64,000 nucleotides of DNA from Methanomassiliicoccaceae archaeon. GTDB lineage: Archaea; Thermoplasmatota; Thermoplasmata; Methanomassiliicoccales; Methanomassiliicoccaceae. The notes under the pieces are model-generated. The model did no database searches. It had not been told where the DNA came from and was given only the letters and a program-made list of their open reading frames with translations. The stretch is taken from the NCBI GenBank assembly GCA_040776945.1, contig JAXGZN010000002.1, positions 896,001 to 960,000 of the forward strand, read 5' to 3'. A program made the translations under genes and the position numbers. This document shows positions 18,742-28,615 of the stretch, in pieces. The stretch's first letter is position 1, and each line of letters begins with the position of its first letter.

Positions 18742-19947
18742 CTACGGTCCCTCCATCCTCTTAAGTTGCTGCAGCACCTCGTCCCTTATCTCGGCCGCGG
18801 GCCGTTGGGGTACGAGGCGCCGCCCCCGCTCCATCAGCTTGGTGAAGGCCGAGCCCATCGGCCTGCCGCAGCGAGCGCAGAGGGGGGCATCATTGCTGCG
18901 GACCGCCACCTCGTAACTGAAGCATTCCGGGCATCGGAAAAGGTACTTCCGTCCACCGAACTTACCCCGCTTGGCGACGGGGACGTTCTCAATGTCCACT
19001 ATGTCCAAGGCGAAGTCCACCGTGGGAGCGTTGGATATGCTCGTGCCGACACCGAACCCGTCCGCACCCGCCTCTGCTAGAGGCGGGATCGTCTTCTCGT
19101 CCAACCCCCCGGACACGAAGATCCTCACGTTCTCGAATCCTCTGAGGTCCAGCTCCCACCTAACCTCGCGGATAAGCTCGGTGAACGAACCGCGGCGGGA
19201 GCCGGGCGTGTCCAGCCGGACACCTGCCAGCCCCTTCACCGCACGGCAGGCGGCAATGGCCTCGGTCTTCTCGTCCGAGTAGGTGTCCACCAGCACTATC
19301 CTTGGAACGGAGGGGTCGATGACATCGTCAAACGCCTTGAACGCCTCGATGGAGTCGCCCATCATTATTATCAGGGCATGAGGCATGGTGCCCTCCGGCG
19401 GCCTGCCTATGGTCTCTGCTCCAAGTAGGGAGGACACAGCGTCGCAGCCGCCTATGAACGAGGATCGATCAAGCATGGGCGATATCGCGGGATGCGTTCT
19501 TCGGATGCCGAACGCTATCATTGGGCGGTCCCCTGCAGCGGCCCGGCAGCGAGCAGCCATGGTCGCCACGCCGGTGGAGTGGCACATGAAGCCAAGTATC
19601 GGCGTCTCGAAGACACAGTACTCCGTGTACGGCCCCTCTATGGTCATGACCGGAAGCTTGACCCCGCTCTGGGTCCTTGAGGGAAAGATGGTGCCCTCAG
19701 GAAGGCCCCAGATGTCAACATCCTTTCCCTCCATAAGGCGGAGGGTCTCCTCTACTCCGGTCAGCACCGCCCATGGCCATTCCCTTGGGAGCTTGGCCAC
19801 CGTCATCTCGGCAAGCGCCACCTTATCCGCCAGCCCTTTTGCCCTGAGGACCTCCAATGTCCTTACGAAATAGACGTCCGTGGTCCGTCCGCTCATGATC
19901 TCCTCGTCGGAAGCGGTGAAGAAGCGTTTGCCTGCTCTCATTTCCAT
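18742..19947 (-). CDS. pncB: Nicotinate phosphoribosyltransferase with C-terminal Zn knuckle
   Basis: TDVYF, FGIRR, GTMPHA, VRLDT, VSGGLD, GVGT. Confidence 0.92.
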   Translation of the reverse strand: MEMRAGKRFFTASDEEIMSGRTTDVYFVRTLEVLRAKGLADKVALAEMTVAKLPREWPWAVLTGVEETLRLMEGKDVDIWGLPEGTIFPSRTQSGVKLPVMTIEGPYTEYCVFETPILGFMCHSTGVATMAARCRAAAGDRPMIAFGIRRTHPAISPMLDRSSFIGGCDAVSSLLGAETIGRPPEGTMPHALIIMMGDSIEAFKAFDDVIDPSVPRIVLVDTYSDEKTEAIAACRAVKGLAGVRLDTPGSRRGSFTELIREVRWELDLRGFENVRIFVSGGLDEKTIPPLAEAGADGFGVGTSISNAPTVDFALDIVDIENVPVAKRGKFGGRKYLFRCPECFSYEVAVRSNDAPLCARCGRPMGSAFTKLMERGRRLVPQRPAAEIRDEVLQQLKRMEGP

Positions 19948-20004
19948 GTCTCTGGCCCCCCGAGATGCTATGAACCTGTTCTCGATCTATGTTTCAGCCA
20001 GACC

Positions 20005-21282
20005 TCAGTCGGCAACGTTGAAGGCTGTGCGGCCTGCGAACTTGGCCTTGCTTCCCAAGCGTTCCTCGATCCTCAGCAGGCGATTGTATTTGGCCGTCCG
20101 CTCTCCCCTGGCCGGGGCGCCTGTCTTGATCTGTCCGCAGCCTAGCGCTACCGCGATATCAGCAATGGAGGTGTCCTCAGACTCCCCCGATCGGTGGCTT
20201 ACCATAACTGCATAGCCGTTCCTATGGGCCAGGGCCGCCGCGTCCATCGCCTCTGAGACCGTCCCGATCTGATTTACCTTCAACAGCAGAGCGTTTCCCG
20301 CCTTGGCCTCGAAGCCCTTGCGCAACCGCTCAGGGTTCGTTACGAAGAGGTCGTCGCCTACCAGCTGAAGTTTGCTGCCCATCTTGGCCGTCATGGTTGC
20401 CATGGTGGAGAAGTCATCCTCCATCACCGGGTCCTCGAGGCTGATGAGCGGGTAGCGGGCCTTGAGATCGGCGAAGAAGTCCACCAGTTCCCCAGGGGTG
20501 AGGTTCTTCCCGTCGACCCCATATGCTCCGTTCTCATAGAACTCCGAGGCCGCAGCGTCCATTGCAAGATAGACATCCTCACCTGGAGAATATCCTGCGG
20601 ACTCGATGGCCTTCATGATTATGCTCATTGCCTGGTCGGTCGTATCCACCGGAGGGGCGAACCCGCCCTCGTCCCCTATGTTCACCGCTCCCACGCCGTA
20701 GGCGTCCTTGAGCTTCTTCTTCAACGAATGATATATCTCGACCCCGGTGCGCAGCGCCTCGGCGAAGGTTGGAGAGCCGGTCGGGGCTATCATGAACTCC
20801 TGGATCCGCAGTTTGGACCCAGCATGCTTGCCCCCGTTTAGGATGTTCATCATCGGTACCGGTAGCATATGGCTTCCGGCGCGCAGGTGTTCGTGCAGCG
20901 GGACACCTTTGACCATGGCGCCGGCCTTGGCGACCGCAAGAGACACTGCGACCGTTCCATTGGCTCCCAGCTTGGACTTGTTGGGGGTCCCGTCCAGCTC
21001 GATCATCAAGCGGTCAGCTCCCCGGAGGTCGGCAACGTCCGTGCCCTCGAGGACGGGAGCGATAAGCTCCCTCACCCCGCGGACGACGTTGGTGACGCCC
21101 TTGCCTCCGTATCTCTTACCTCCATCCCTAAGTTCGAGGGCTTCGTAGGAGCCAGTGGATGCACCGGAAGGCGCTATGGCCGTAACCGTGTGCTTGCCTG
21201 CCTCTATCTCAGCTTCCACCGTCGGATTGCCCCTGGAATCAAGTACCTCCCTGGCCCAAACACGAGTGATCTTGACCGTCAT
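20005..21282 (-). CDS. eno: Enolase
   Basis: DSRGNPTVE, GDEGGFAP, SHRSGESED, RTAKYNRLL. Confidence 0.98.
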   Translation of the reverse strand: MTVKITRVWAREVLDSRGNPTVEAEIEAGKHTVTAIAPSGASTGSYEALELRDGGKRYGGKGVTNVVRGVRELIAPVLEGTDVADLRGADRLMIELDGTPNKSKLGANGTVAVSLAVAKAGAMVKGVPLHEHLRAGSHMLPVPMMNILNGGKHAGSKLRIQEFMIAPTGSPTFAEALRTGVEIYHSLKKKLKDAYGVGAVNIGDEGGFAPPVDTTDQAMSIIMKAIESAGYSPGEDVYLAMDAAASEFYENGAYGVDGKNLTPGELVDFFADLKARYPLISLEDPVMEDDFSTMATMTAKMGSKLQLVGDDLFVTNPERLRKGFEAKAGNALLLKVNQIGTVSEAMDAAALAHRNGYAVMVSHRSGESEDTSIADIAVALGCGQIKTGAPARGERTAKYNRLLRIEERLGSKAKFAGRTAFNVAD

Positions 21283-21344
21283 GATATCCCTTTTTTTCTA
21301 TCGATGATAGGGGATATGGGCAGGTCTTACTTAATTCGATGAGG

Positions 21345-22352
21345 TCACCGTGCGATCCTGACCGGAGGGCGTATGTTGCTCTCGACGATCTCCATGTTCC
21401 TCTCCAGCAGGGCCATCTCCCTGACGTCGAGAGCCCTGGGGTCCACCGAAATGATCAGCCGTGACTTGTACTCCATTACCACTTCAGTGATGCGGTGGAT
21501 CATCTTGAGCACCTTATCGAAGCCGTTGTTGACGATGAGGAACTCTATGCCGTCGATCATAACAACGCTGTCGTTGGACTTCTCGATGAACCTGATTATG
21601 GTGTCCCCGAGGATGCCGATGTTCGCAGGGTTGACGTATACCTTTCCCAACTGGTTGCTGAGCCATATGATCGGCGTTTCCTCGAGCCCCCATTCCTGGC
21701 GTACGATCGCCGGATACTGACGGGTGATGCACAAGCCCTGGATGTTATGGGTCACCTGGTCGGTGAACATCTCGAACGACCTCACCGCCTTCTGCTCTTT
21801 CACCACGTAGCTCAGCCCAGGCCGGAGCTCGAACTTCTTGGCCGACCTTGTCGCCTTCTCCTTGCCCTCGAGGGCCTCGTTCCTCTTCTTTCCGAACAAC
21901 GAGAGCAGCCGCGGCTCCTCCTTTGGCGCAGGAGCGATGGGGGCAGCAGGGGGCCTCTCTTCCAATATCGATTTGAGGCGGTCAGAGAGGTCCTTGTTAT
22001 TGAACGGCTTGCGGATGTAGCCGGACACGACGTCCTGCAGTCCGAAGATGTCCGTGCCCACGTCGGTGGTCGCAGTGAGCATCATGACCTTGGTCTTGGC
22101 GGTGGCGCCTTCCTCCTTCAGTTTGCGCAGGACCGTCCATCCGTCCATGTCCGGCATGTTGATGTCCAGGAGAATTAGGTCTGGATGTTCCGTGGCCGTC
22201 CTCTCCAAAGCCTCCTTACCTCCCGAAGCGGTAATGGGCTCGAAGCCGGCCCCCGAGACAAGTTCTGAAACGATGTCCAGGATGGCCGGGTTATCATCGA
22301 CTATAAGAACCTTCTTAATACCTAATACCTCCTGGACGTGCCAACGTGCCAA
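21345..22352 (-). CDS. Response regulator receiver fused to DUF835 domain (true start may be ATT at 22319)
   Basis: VLIVDD, LLDINMP, RKPF; C-terminal LCITR, IWLS, DGIEFL..NNGF typical of DUF835. Confidence 0.88.
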   Translation of the reverse strand: MARWHVQEVLGIKKVLIVDDNPAILDIVSELVSGAGFEPITASGGKEALERTATEHPDLILLDINMPDMDGWTVLRKLKEEGATAKTKVMMLTATTDVGTDIFGLQDVVSGYIRKPFNNKDLSDRLKSILEERPPAAPIAPAPKEEPRLLSLFGKKRNEALEGKEKATRSAKKFELRPGLSYVVKEQKAVRSFEMFTDQVTHNIQGLCITRQYPAIVRQEWGLEETPIIWLSNQLGKVYVNPANIGILGDTIIRFIEKSNDSVVMIDGIEFLIVNNGFDKVLKMIHRITEVVMEYKSRLIISVDPRALDVREMALLERNMEIVESNIRPPVRIAR

Positions 22353-22461
22353 AGAGATATGCTTGGTTAAAAACCTATCCTTTCCAGTTAGAATCTCACT
22401 GGCCTATGGAGAGGTGGGGTCGGGAGGCTTGGACCTCCACGAAAAATGACCGGGGGAAGTA

Positions 22462-22611
22462 TCACGCCTTCCTGCTTTCCTTGGCCTTCTGGCGAAGGCC
22501 TTCGTATCCGCACTTGCGGCAGCGGGTTGCCCTCGGAGCGTTCCGCGCGTCGCACTTCATGCAGATTTTCTTGTTAAGAAGCCTCTGATCAGCTTCCTTG
22601 AAACGTGCCAT
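22462..22611 (-). CDS. rpl40e: 50S ribosomal protein L40e
   Basis: Manual translation [49 protein letters not shown] (below the ORF-track length cutoff). Confidence 0.96.
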   Translation of the reverse strand: MARFKEADQRLLNKKICMKCDARNAPRATRCRKCGYEGLRQKAKESRKA

Positions 22612-22670
22612 CTAAATCCTCTTTCGTGATGAATATGAAGGTTCTATAAATAAGTTGGCCACTGGCGCGG

Positions 22671-23642
22671 TCAGTCAGCGCTATCCGCGCGATGCTCGCC
22701 GATAAGCACCATGAACGCCAGCAAGGATTCCAATTGGATCCGTTCGTTCGATCCTTCCACCATGCGGAATTCCGTTTCCCCGGTACGATCTATGAGCCTG
22801 ACCTTTTCATAATCTGGAATGTCCAGATCGAATATGGTGCGGTGGATCTGCTTGATGATGTCCTCCCCCGAAAGACCATAGTTGATCATGATCTCATCAA
22901 GACGGTTACGGGCGGCGATGAAATCACCAGATATCGAGGTCTGCAAGAGTTCCTTGACCTCGTCCGGCCTTGCCATCCCTGTTGTGTGGTAGATCAGGTC
23001 GACGGTTATCCTCTCTCCGAGAGATGCGGCGACCTGCAGCGAGTTGACCGCCTTGCGCATATCGCCCTGGGATACATGCACCAGGGCGTCAAGGGCCTCA
23101 TCGGTTATGCCGATCGCTTCAATGGCGGCGATGCGGGCCAGGTTGGAGCGCACATCCTCCGCCCGCAGGGGACGGAACCGGAAGACCGCGCATCTGGACT
23201 GGATCGGCTCTATTATCTTTGATGAGTAGTTCACGCTGAGAATGAAACGGCATGTCTTGCTGTACTTCTCCATCGTTCGTCTCAACGCTGCCTGGGCGTC
23301 CCCGGTGAGGGCGTCGGCCTCATCCAGAAATATGATCTTGAAGCCTGCCCCGCCGATCGGCGCAGTCCTGGCAAAATCCTTGATCTTGCCCCTTACCACA
23401 TCGATGCCTCTCTCATCCGAGGCGTTCAGCTCATTGAAATTGCCCCTCCAGTTCTCCCCGAAAAGCTCTCTTGCAAGCGCTATGGCAGAGGTCGTCTTCC
23501 CGGTGCCGGCCGGACCAGCAAACATCAAATGGGGCAAGTTCTTGGCCTCGACGTAGGACTGAAGGCGGTCCACGATGTCCTTCTGCCCGACGATCTCCTT
23601 CAACGTCTTCGGCCGGTACTTCTCGATCCAAATCTCGTTCAT
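22671..23642 (-). CDS. rfcS: Replication factor C small subunit
   Basis: WIEKYRP, GPAGTGKT, ELNASDERG, DEAD, SRC. Confidence 0.97.
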   Translation of the reverse strand: MNEIWIEKYRPKTLKEIVGQKDIVDRLQSYVEAKNLPHLMFAGPAGTGKTTSAIALARELFGENWRGNFNELNASDERGIDVVRGKIKDFARTAPIGGAGFKIIFLDEADALTGDAQAALRRTMEKYSKTCRFILSVNYSSKIIEPIQSRCAVFRFRPLRAEDVRSNLARIAAIEAIGITDEALDALVHVSQGDMRKAVNSLQVAASLGERITVDLIYHTTGMARPDEVKELLQTSISGDFIAARNRLDEIMINYGLSGEDIIKQIHRTIFDLDIPDYEKVRLIDRTGETEFRMVEGSNERIQLESLLAFMVLIGEHRADSAD

Positions 23643-23891
23643 CTAGGCTCGTTCCGACCAAAGGTGGTGAGGTCAATTAAAGGTTTTGACAGAGGGCCGG
23701 TTCTTGGCCAGCAATAGCCAGCGAGGATGCCTATTTCTAAGGACGGGCAGGATGCCGTCGCCAATCGCACATGCCTTGGACACAGCGGAAAGAAGGAAAT
23801 GCTGGAGGACTGAGAGAACTTTCGGACCGCTGATATTTATCACTGGTATTATTTATCAAATCGATTAATACACTCTAGTAGGAGGAAGAGC

Positions 23892-24362
23892 ATGCAATGT
23901 CCGAATTGTGGTAAGGAATCGCCACCTGGAGCGAGGTTCTGCGAGAGTTGCGGAGCAGCGCTGTCGGTCGCCGAAAGTCCGCAGGGATCTCAGCAATACG
24001 CGCAGGCGCCCCCTCAGCAGGCACCACCATATGGGCAGCCCCAGTACGGGCAGCCTCAGCCGTATGGGCAGCCTCAGCCGTATGGGCAGCCGATGTATGC
24101 GCCCGCATTGATGAAGAATGCCGGGCTAGCGGCGGTGCTGGCGTTCCTGCTGCCGGGGTTGGGGCACATTTACCTGGGTCTCATCACCAAGGGAATACTG
24201 TACATCATTCTGACCTTCGTTCTGTGGGTGGTCGGAGTGCTGACCTTCGGCATCGGGTTCATCGTGTATATCATCTTCTGGATCTGGCAGATCTATGACG
24301 CCTACAAGCTGGGGAACCAGTACAACTCTGCCGTCCAGCAGACCGGTCGCGCGCCCTGGTGA
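23892..24362 (+). CDS. Zinc-ribbon + PQ-rich linker + TM2 membrane protein
   Basis: CPNCG...FCESCG; PGLGHIYLG. Confidence 0.85.
   Translation: MQCPNCGKESPPGARFCESCGAALSVAESPQGSQQYAQAPPQQAPPYGQPQYGQPQPYGQPQPYGQPMYAPALMKNAGLAAVLAFLLPGLGHIYLGLITKGILYIILTFVLWVVGVLTFGIGFIVYIIFWIWQIYDAYKLGNQYNSAVQQTGRAPW
24029..24098 (+). repeat. Imperfect 15-18 bp tandem repeat encoding (P)YGQPQ
   Basis: TATGGGCAGCC-type units repeated about four times. Confidence 0.8.
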
Positions 24363-24370
24363 AATACCTT

Positions 24371-24384
24371 CCCTTCCTTTTTTT
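24371..24384 (+). terminator. Oligo-T putative terminator between the TM2 paralogs
   Basis: CCCTTCCTTTTTTT directly after the stop codon. Confidence 0.4.
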
Positions 24385-24460
24385 ACCAGTTAATTTTTAT
24401 ATATGCTATACGGAGTTCACTTGCCAGGCGGCGATCGCCGCTCTTTGTGGAGGAACCAAC

Positions 24461-24940
24461 GTGTATTGCCAGAACTGCGGGACCGAGCTTCCCGAGAACT
24501 CCTCGTTCTGCGCCAATTGCGGTGCGAGACTGGGGGGAGGGCCCGGTGCTTCCGCTTATCCTGCCCCTCTTTACCCAGGACAGCCCTATGGCGTCGGCGC
24601 GCTGCCCCAGAAGAACGATGTTATCTCCGTTGTGCTGGCCTTCTTTATCCCAGGGCTCGGCCACATTTATATAGGGAGGATATCGAGAGGAATATTGTTC
24701 ATGGCCGCCTACTTCGGCCTGAGCATCCTGTCGTTCATCGTAATGTGGTCAGCGATCGGCGGACTGGCCGCCACCAGTGATCCCGACGTCATACTGAACT
24801 TGAGCAATGATGTATTGATCGTTTCAGGGACCATAGGCCTTATTGGCTTCATCATCTGGATAGTGAACCTTGTGGACGTATACCAGCTGACAAAGAAGTA
24901 TAACGAGACCGTCCGCCTCACTGGGCAGCCTCCGTGGTAG
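24461..24940 (+). CDS. Zinc-ribbon + TM2 membrane protein (paralog)
   Basis: GTG start after GGAGG; CQNCG...FCANCG; PGLGHIYIG; shared C-terminus YN..V..TG..PW. Confidence 0.85.
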   Translation: MYCQNCGTELPENSSFCANCGARLGGGPGASAYPAPLYPGQPYGVGALPQKNDVISVVLAFFIPGLGHIYIGRISRGILFMAAYFGLSILSFIVMWSAIGGLAATSDPDVILNLSNDVLIVSGTIGLIGFIIWIVNLVDVYQLTKKYNETVRLTGQPPW

Positions 24941-25048
24941 GCATTGATCTGTCCTTCCCATACGAAGGACGGGGCCGTCCAGCCATGGTCTGGTGGCTCG
25001 GACCGGCCTCGCAATAGTTATTATCATAATCCAATATCCCAGGTCAAT

Positions 25049-25678
25049 ATGGCCCTGATAGACCTCAATGAGCTGTTCTATGCCGCTACGCTGCTGTTCT
25101 TCATCTTCGACCCTTTCGCCAGCGTCCCGGTGTTCATGGCCATGACCAAAGGGTACTCTGAAGAGGCCTTGGTATCCTGTGCCAACCGAGCGGTGGCAGT
25201 GGCCGCGGTGCTCTTCGTCATCTTCGTACTTATCGGGGAGCAGCTCCTCGGTGCTTTCGGAATAACCACAGAGGGCTTCAGAGTGGCCGGAGGGCTCGTC
25301 CTATTGTTAATGTCCATGGAGATCATCTTCGGCCTAAGCCTCATTCGTTCGGGCGACCAGAACGTGGCATGGGTAATTATCGCTACCCCGATCCTCACTG
25401 GACCGGGAGTCATAGCCACCGCCATCGTCCTCACTACCCAGTCCGACCCCATTACCGTGCTCATGGCGGGAAGCTTCTCGCTTATCACTACCTGGTTCCT
25501 GATGCGCAACGCGCACCGTGTGACCAGGCTGGTCGGGACCCAGGTCATTGACATCTTCTCCAAGGTGGTCGGCCTGCTCATCGCGGCCATGGCCATTGAG
25601 TACATTTTCAAGGGAGCGACGGGCTGGTTGGCAAACAACTCTGCGGCCATTGCGGGACTCGTGCCGGGCCTGCTTTGA
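25049..25678 (+). CDS. MarC family membrane protein
   Basis: FDPF..VPVF, FRVAGG, P..TGPG. Confidence 0.9.
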   Translation: MALIDLNELFYAATLLFFIFDPFASVPVFMAMTKGYSEEALVSCANRAVAVAAVLFVIFVLIGEQLLGAFGITTEGFRVAGGLVLLLMSMEIIFGLSLIRSGDQNVAWVIIATPILTGPGVIATAIVLTTQSDPITVLMAGSFSLITTWFLMRNAHRVTRLVGTQVIDIFSKVVGLLIAAMAIEYIFKGATGWLANNSAAIAGLVPGLL

Positions 25679-25719
25679 CAGGACAATCCTTAATAACGAC
25701 CGCGACGGTGAGCGCGCCA

Positions 25720-26643
25720 ATGGTCCAGTGCTCCAAGTGCGGGCGGGCCGCGGTGACATATATCCGATATAACGGCAGCCATCTGTGCTCCGCCCACTTC
25801 CAGGGGTTCGTAGAAAGGCGGGTGAAGAGAGAGCTCAGGGGACAGGTGGACCTCGATCGCGCCAAGAACATTGCGGTTGCCGTCTCCGGAGGCAAGGACA
25901 GCTTGGCCGCTCTGATGCTCCTCCATGACATCCTCTCCCTTCGACGGGACGTCACGCTAACGGCGATCACCGTCGACGAGGGCATCGCCGGCTACCGGCC
26001 GGAGGCCCTGGATAAGGCAATAAGACTATCATCGGCGCTTGGCGTGGAACATCGTGTGATATCCTTCAAGGAACACGTCGGAAGTACCATGGATAGCATC
26101 AGCGAGCGTCTGGGGCATAGGACGCCTTGCGCCTATTGCGGGGTCTTCAGACGGCAATGCATGAACGAAATGGCCAGGGCGATCGGCGCGGACGTGCTGG
26201 CCACCGGGCACAACCTCGATGATGTGGCCCAGGCTATCCTCATGAACTTCACCAGGGGTGACGTGGAGAGGCTTGCCCGCATGGGACCGCATGCCAAGGT
26301 CCAGCCCGGGCTCATACCTCGCATCATTCCCTTGCGGTCCTTGCCTGAAAAGGAGGTATATCTGTATGCGATGCTGCGAGGCATAGACTTCTCAGACTCC
26401 ACCTGTCCTTATTGGGAGGCGGCCCTGCGAAACGAGTATCGGGATATAATTGACGGAATGGAGTCAAGATCGCCGGGCACCAAGCATTCCATTCTGGCGA
26501 GCTACGACGCACTGCGGCCGGCCCTGCAGGAGAAATACCCTCAGACCTCATTGCGCCTATGCGGCTGCGGTGAGCCGTCCCCGGGCGGGAAGTGCATGGC
26601 CTGCGTGATGAAGGACGAACTGGATATTATTGCCCGGAGCTGA
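25720..26643 (+). CDS. tRNA 2-thiolation protein (TtuA/NcsA, TIGR00269 family)
   Basis: N-terminal Zn finger, SGGKDS, CAYCGVFRR, GHNLDD, CPY, C-terminal Zn finger. Confidence 0.9.
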   Translation: MVQCSKCGRAAVTYIRYNGSHLCSAHFQGFVERRVKRELRGQVDLDRAKNIAVAVSGGKDSLAALMLLHDILSLRRDVTLTAITVDEGIAGYRPEALDKAIRLSSALGVEHRVISFKEHVGSTMDSISERLGHRTPCAYCGVFRRQCMNEMARAIGADVLATGHNLDDVAQAILMNFTRGDVERLARMGPHAKVQPGLIPRIIPLRSLPEKEVYLYAMLRGIDFSDSTCPYWEAALRNEYRDIIDGMESRSPGTKHSILASYDALRPALQEKYPQTSLRLCGCGEPSPGGKCMACVMKDELDIIARS

Positions 26644-27076
26644 GGCAGAGCGGACGCGGGAACTACGACCTCTCTAATGAGCCAGGATCGAATGGATATA
26701 GGACGACGGGTCTGACCATATCTATCGTCCTAGCACGCCTGGCCCTTCGGACCGGGACCGCTTCTTCATCGTAAGCGTCGAGATCCCCATCGTTAGGTCG
26801 GCTTCAGATGAGAGAAAGACCCTAGGCCTAACGGACAGAGGCGTGCTCGCGGCGAGCATCGGTCGATCCAGGACTGACCGGCCGTCCCTCGCTCCATGGG
26901 AGACCTGCGTGCTCTCCCGCCATTGACGGCCCAAGAAGAACGACGTGGGGCGGTCCGGCCGATCATCGGACGCACCGGCACGGAGGCTATGATATTATAG
27001 GGCTTGGGGCTCTGCCCATTGTCAAGGCCGGTCAGTCCTTTGAACAGTGCGCCTGCCAAGGCAGAGGTTCTTGACC

Positions 27077-27101
27077 AAAAAAAAAGATAAAGGGGGGGGG
27101 G
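27077..27101 (-). terminator. Putative glyA terminator (C10 followed by T9 on the - strand)
   Basis: A9 and G10 runs on the + strand just downstream of the glyA stop. Confidence 0.55.
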
Positions 27102-27121
27102 CCAGGAGGCCTCATCAGATC

Positions 27122-28399
27122 TCAGACAAGGTCGTGATACCTGTAGGCCTCGGTGCCGGCGTTTAGGCAATACTGCACCTTGGTGAAGTCCTTTTTTAGC
27201 TCCCAGACATCCTTCTTCACGGACTCCGGGTTCTCCTTCTTCACCACAACACGGTAGATGAGGCGCGCGACATCTTCCATCTCCCCCTTCTCCATGCCGA
27301 GGCGGGTAAGCTCCTGGGTGCCCAGTCTCAGGCCGGATGGCTTCACCGCGCTGGTGTCTCCGGGAAGCATGTTCTTGTTCACGATGATATTTGCCCTTTC
27401 CAGGTCGAGGGCGCATTGCACCCCTCCCCCGTTCTTGGCCACGTTGACCGCAAGGGTATGGGACTCCGTGAACCCAAGGTGGGGGCATTGGACATCGATG
27501 CCCATCTCGTAGAGCGCACTGCCTAAGGCCTTGGCGTTCTTTATTATCTGGCCGGCGTACTGCTTGCCATATATCTCGAACTCCGCCATGGTGACCGCCA
27601 AGGCCGCCATCGCGTGCAGATGATGGGACGAGGTCACGCCGGGGAAGGCCGCCTTCTGCAGCTTCGCCTCCATCTCGTCCGTCAGCTTGTCACCTATCAG
27701 GATCCCGTGGTTGGGGCCCGGGAAGGTCTTGTGCGTGCTCGCGGAAAGTATGTGCACGCCCTCCCTCAAAGGGTCCTGGAACTTGCCGCCGGCGATAAGT
27801 CCGAGCACGTGGGCAGCGTCATACCAAACAGTGCATCCGGCCTCATGCAGAGCGTCCTGGATCTCTTTGATCGGCGTTGGGAACAGGAACACGGACAGAC
27901 CGAACTGGGCCACCTTGGGCCTCTCTTTGACAAGGAACTTCCTGGTTGCGTCGATGTCGAGGTTCCAGTTCCGGTAGTCCCAAGGATAGTGCACCGGGTT
28001 GAGGCCCCTTAGACCGACGGCACCGAACGGGGCGGTGGATATGTGCGCGCCGGATGCCAGTTCAGGGGTCGATATCTTGTCCCCTGGTTTGGTCAAGGCC
28101 ATCAACACCGCGATGTTGGCCACGGTCCCGGAGATGGGCCGGACGTCCACAAAGTGGGCCTTGAATATCTTCTTGGCCAGCTCAATGCACTTCAGTTCCA
28201 CCTTGTCGACATAGATGTTGCCCTGGTAGTATCTCTTGCCCGGTAGGCCTTCAGCGTACCGGTCATGGAAGTCAGAGATCATCATTTCCTTGGCCAGAGG
28301 GCTCATGAGGTTCTCGGAGGCGATCATGGGGAGGGACTCCTCGAACCATTTGGTATGGGCCTTTACCTGGTCCTTAATCCAGTAAGCATCTTCCTTCAT
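27122..28399 (-). CDS. glyA: Serine hydroxymethyltransferase
   Basis: IASEN, YAEGLPGKRYYQG, STHKTFPGP, SGLRLGT. Confidence 0.97.
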   Translation of the reverse strand: MKEDAYWIKDQVKAHTKWFEESLPMIASENLMSPLAKEMMISDFHDRYAEGLPGKRYYQGNIYVDKVELKCIELAKKIFKAHFVDVRPISGTVANIAVLMALTKPGDKISTPELASGAHISTAPFGAVGLRGLNPVHYPWDYRNWNLDIDATRKFLVKERPKVAQFGLSVFLFPTPIKEIQDALHEAGCTVWYDAAHVLGLIAGGKFQDPLREGVHILSASTHKTFPGPNHGILIGDKLTDEMEAKLQKAAFPGVTSSHHLHAMAALAVTMAEFEIYGKQYAGQIIKNAKALGSALYEMGIDVQCPHLGFTESHTLAVNVAKNGGGVQCALDLERANIIVNKNMLPGDTSAVKPSGLRLGTQELTRLGMEKGEMEDVARLIYRVVVKKENPESVKKDVWELKKDFTKVQYCLNAGTEAYRYHDLV

Positions 28400-28615
28400 G
28401 AATGTTACCATTCAGAGATTAGGCAACAAATAAAAAAAGGTGTTGCATGCGCAAAGATCGGGCAATGGACACTGCTGCGACCAGCGATTGCCTGCATCAC
28501 CAGCGCCTGGCACATATGACGCTTCCCAGGCCATCTGGGCCTCTGTGGAACGTCCTTATCATAGATCGATAAGAGAATCAAATATATTATTATACGGAAT
28601 TTTTTTGTGTCCATT

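Noticed and set aside
28400-28560. ZTP, THF or glycine riboswitch upstream of glyA
   Set aside because: Consensus elements not found; a TATA-like tract close to the start suggests a short leader
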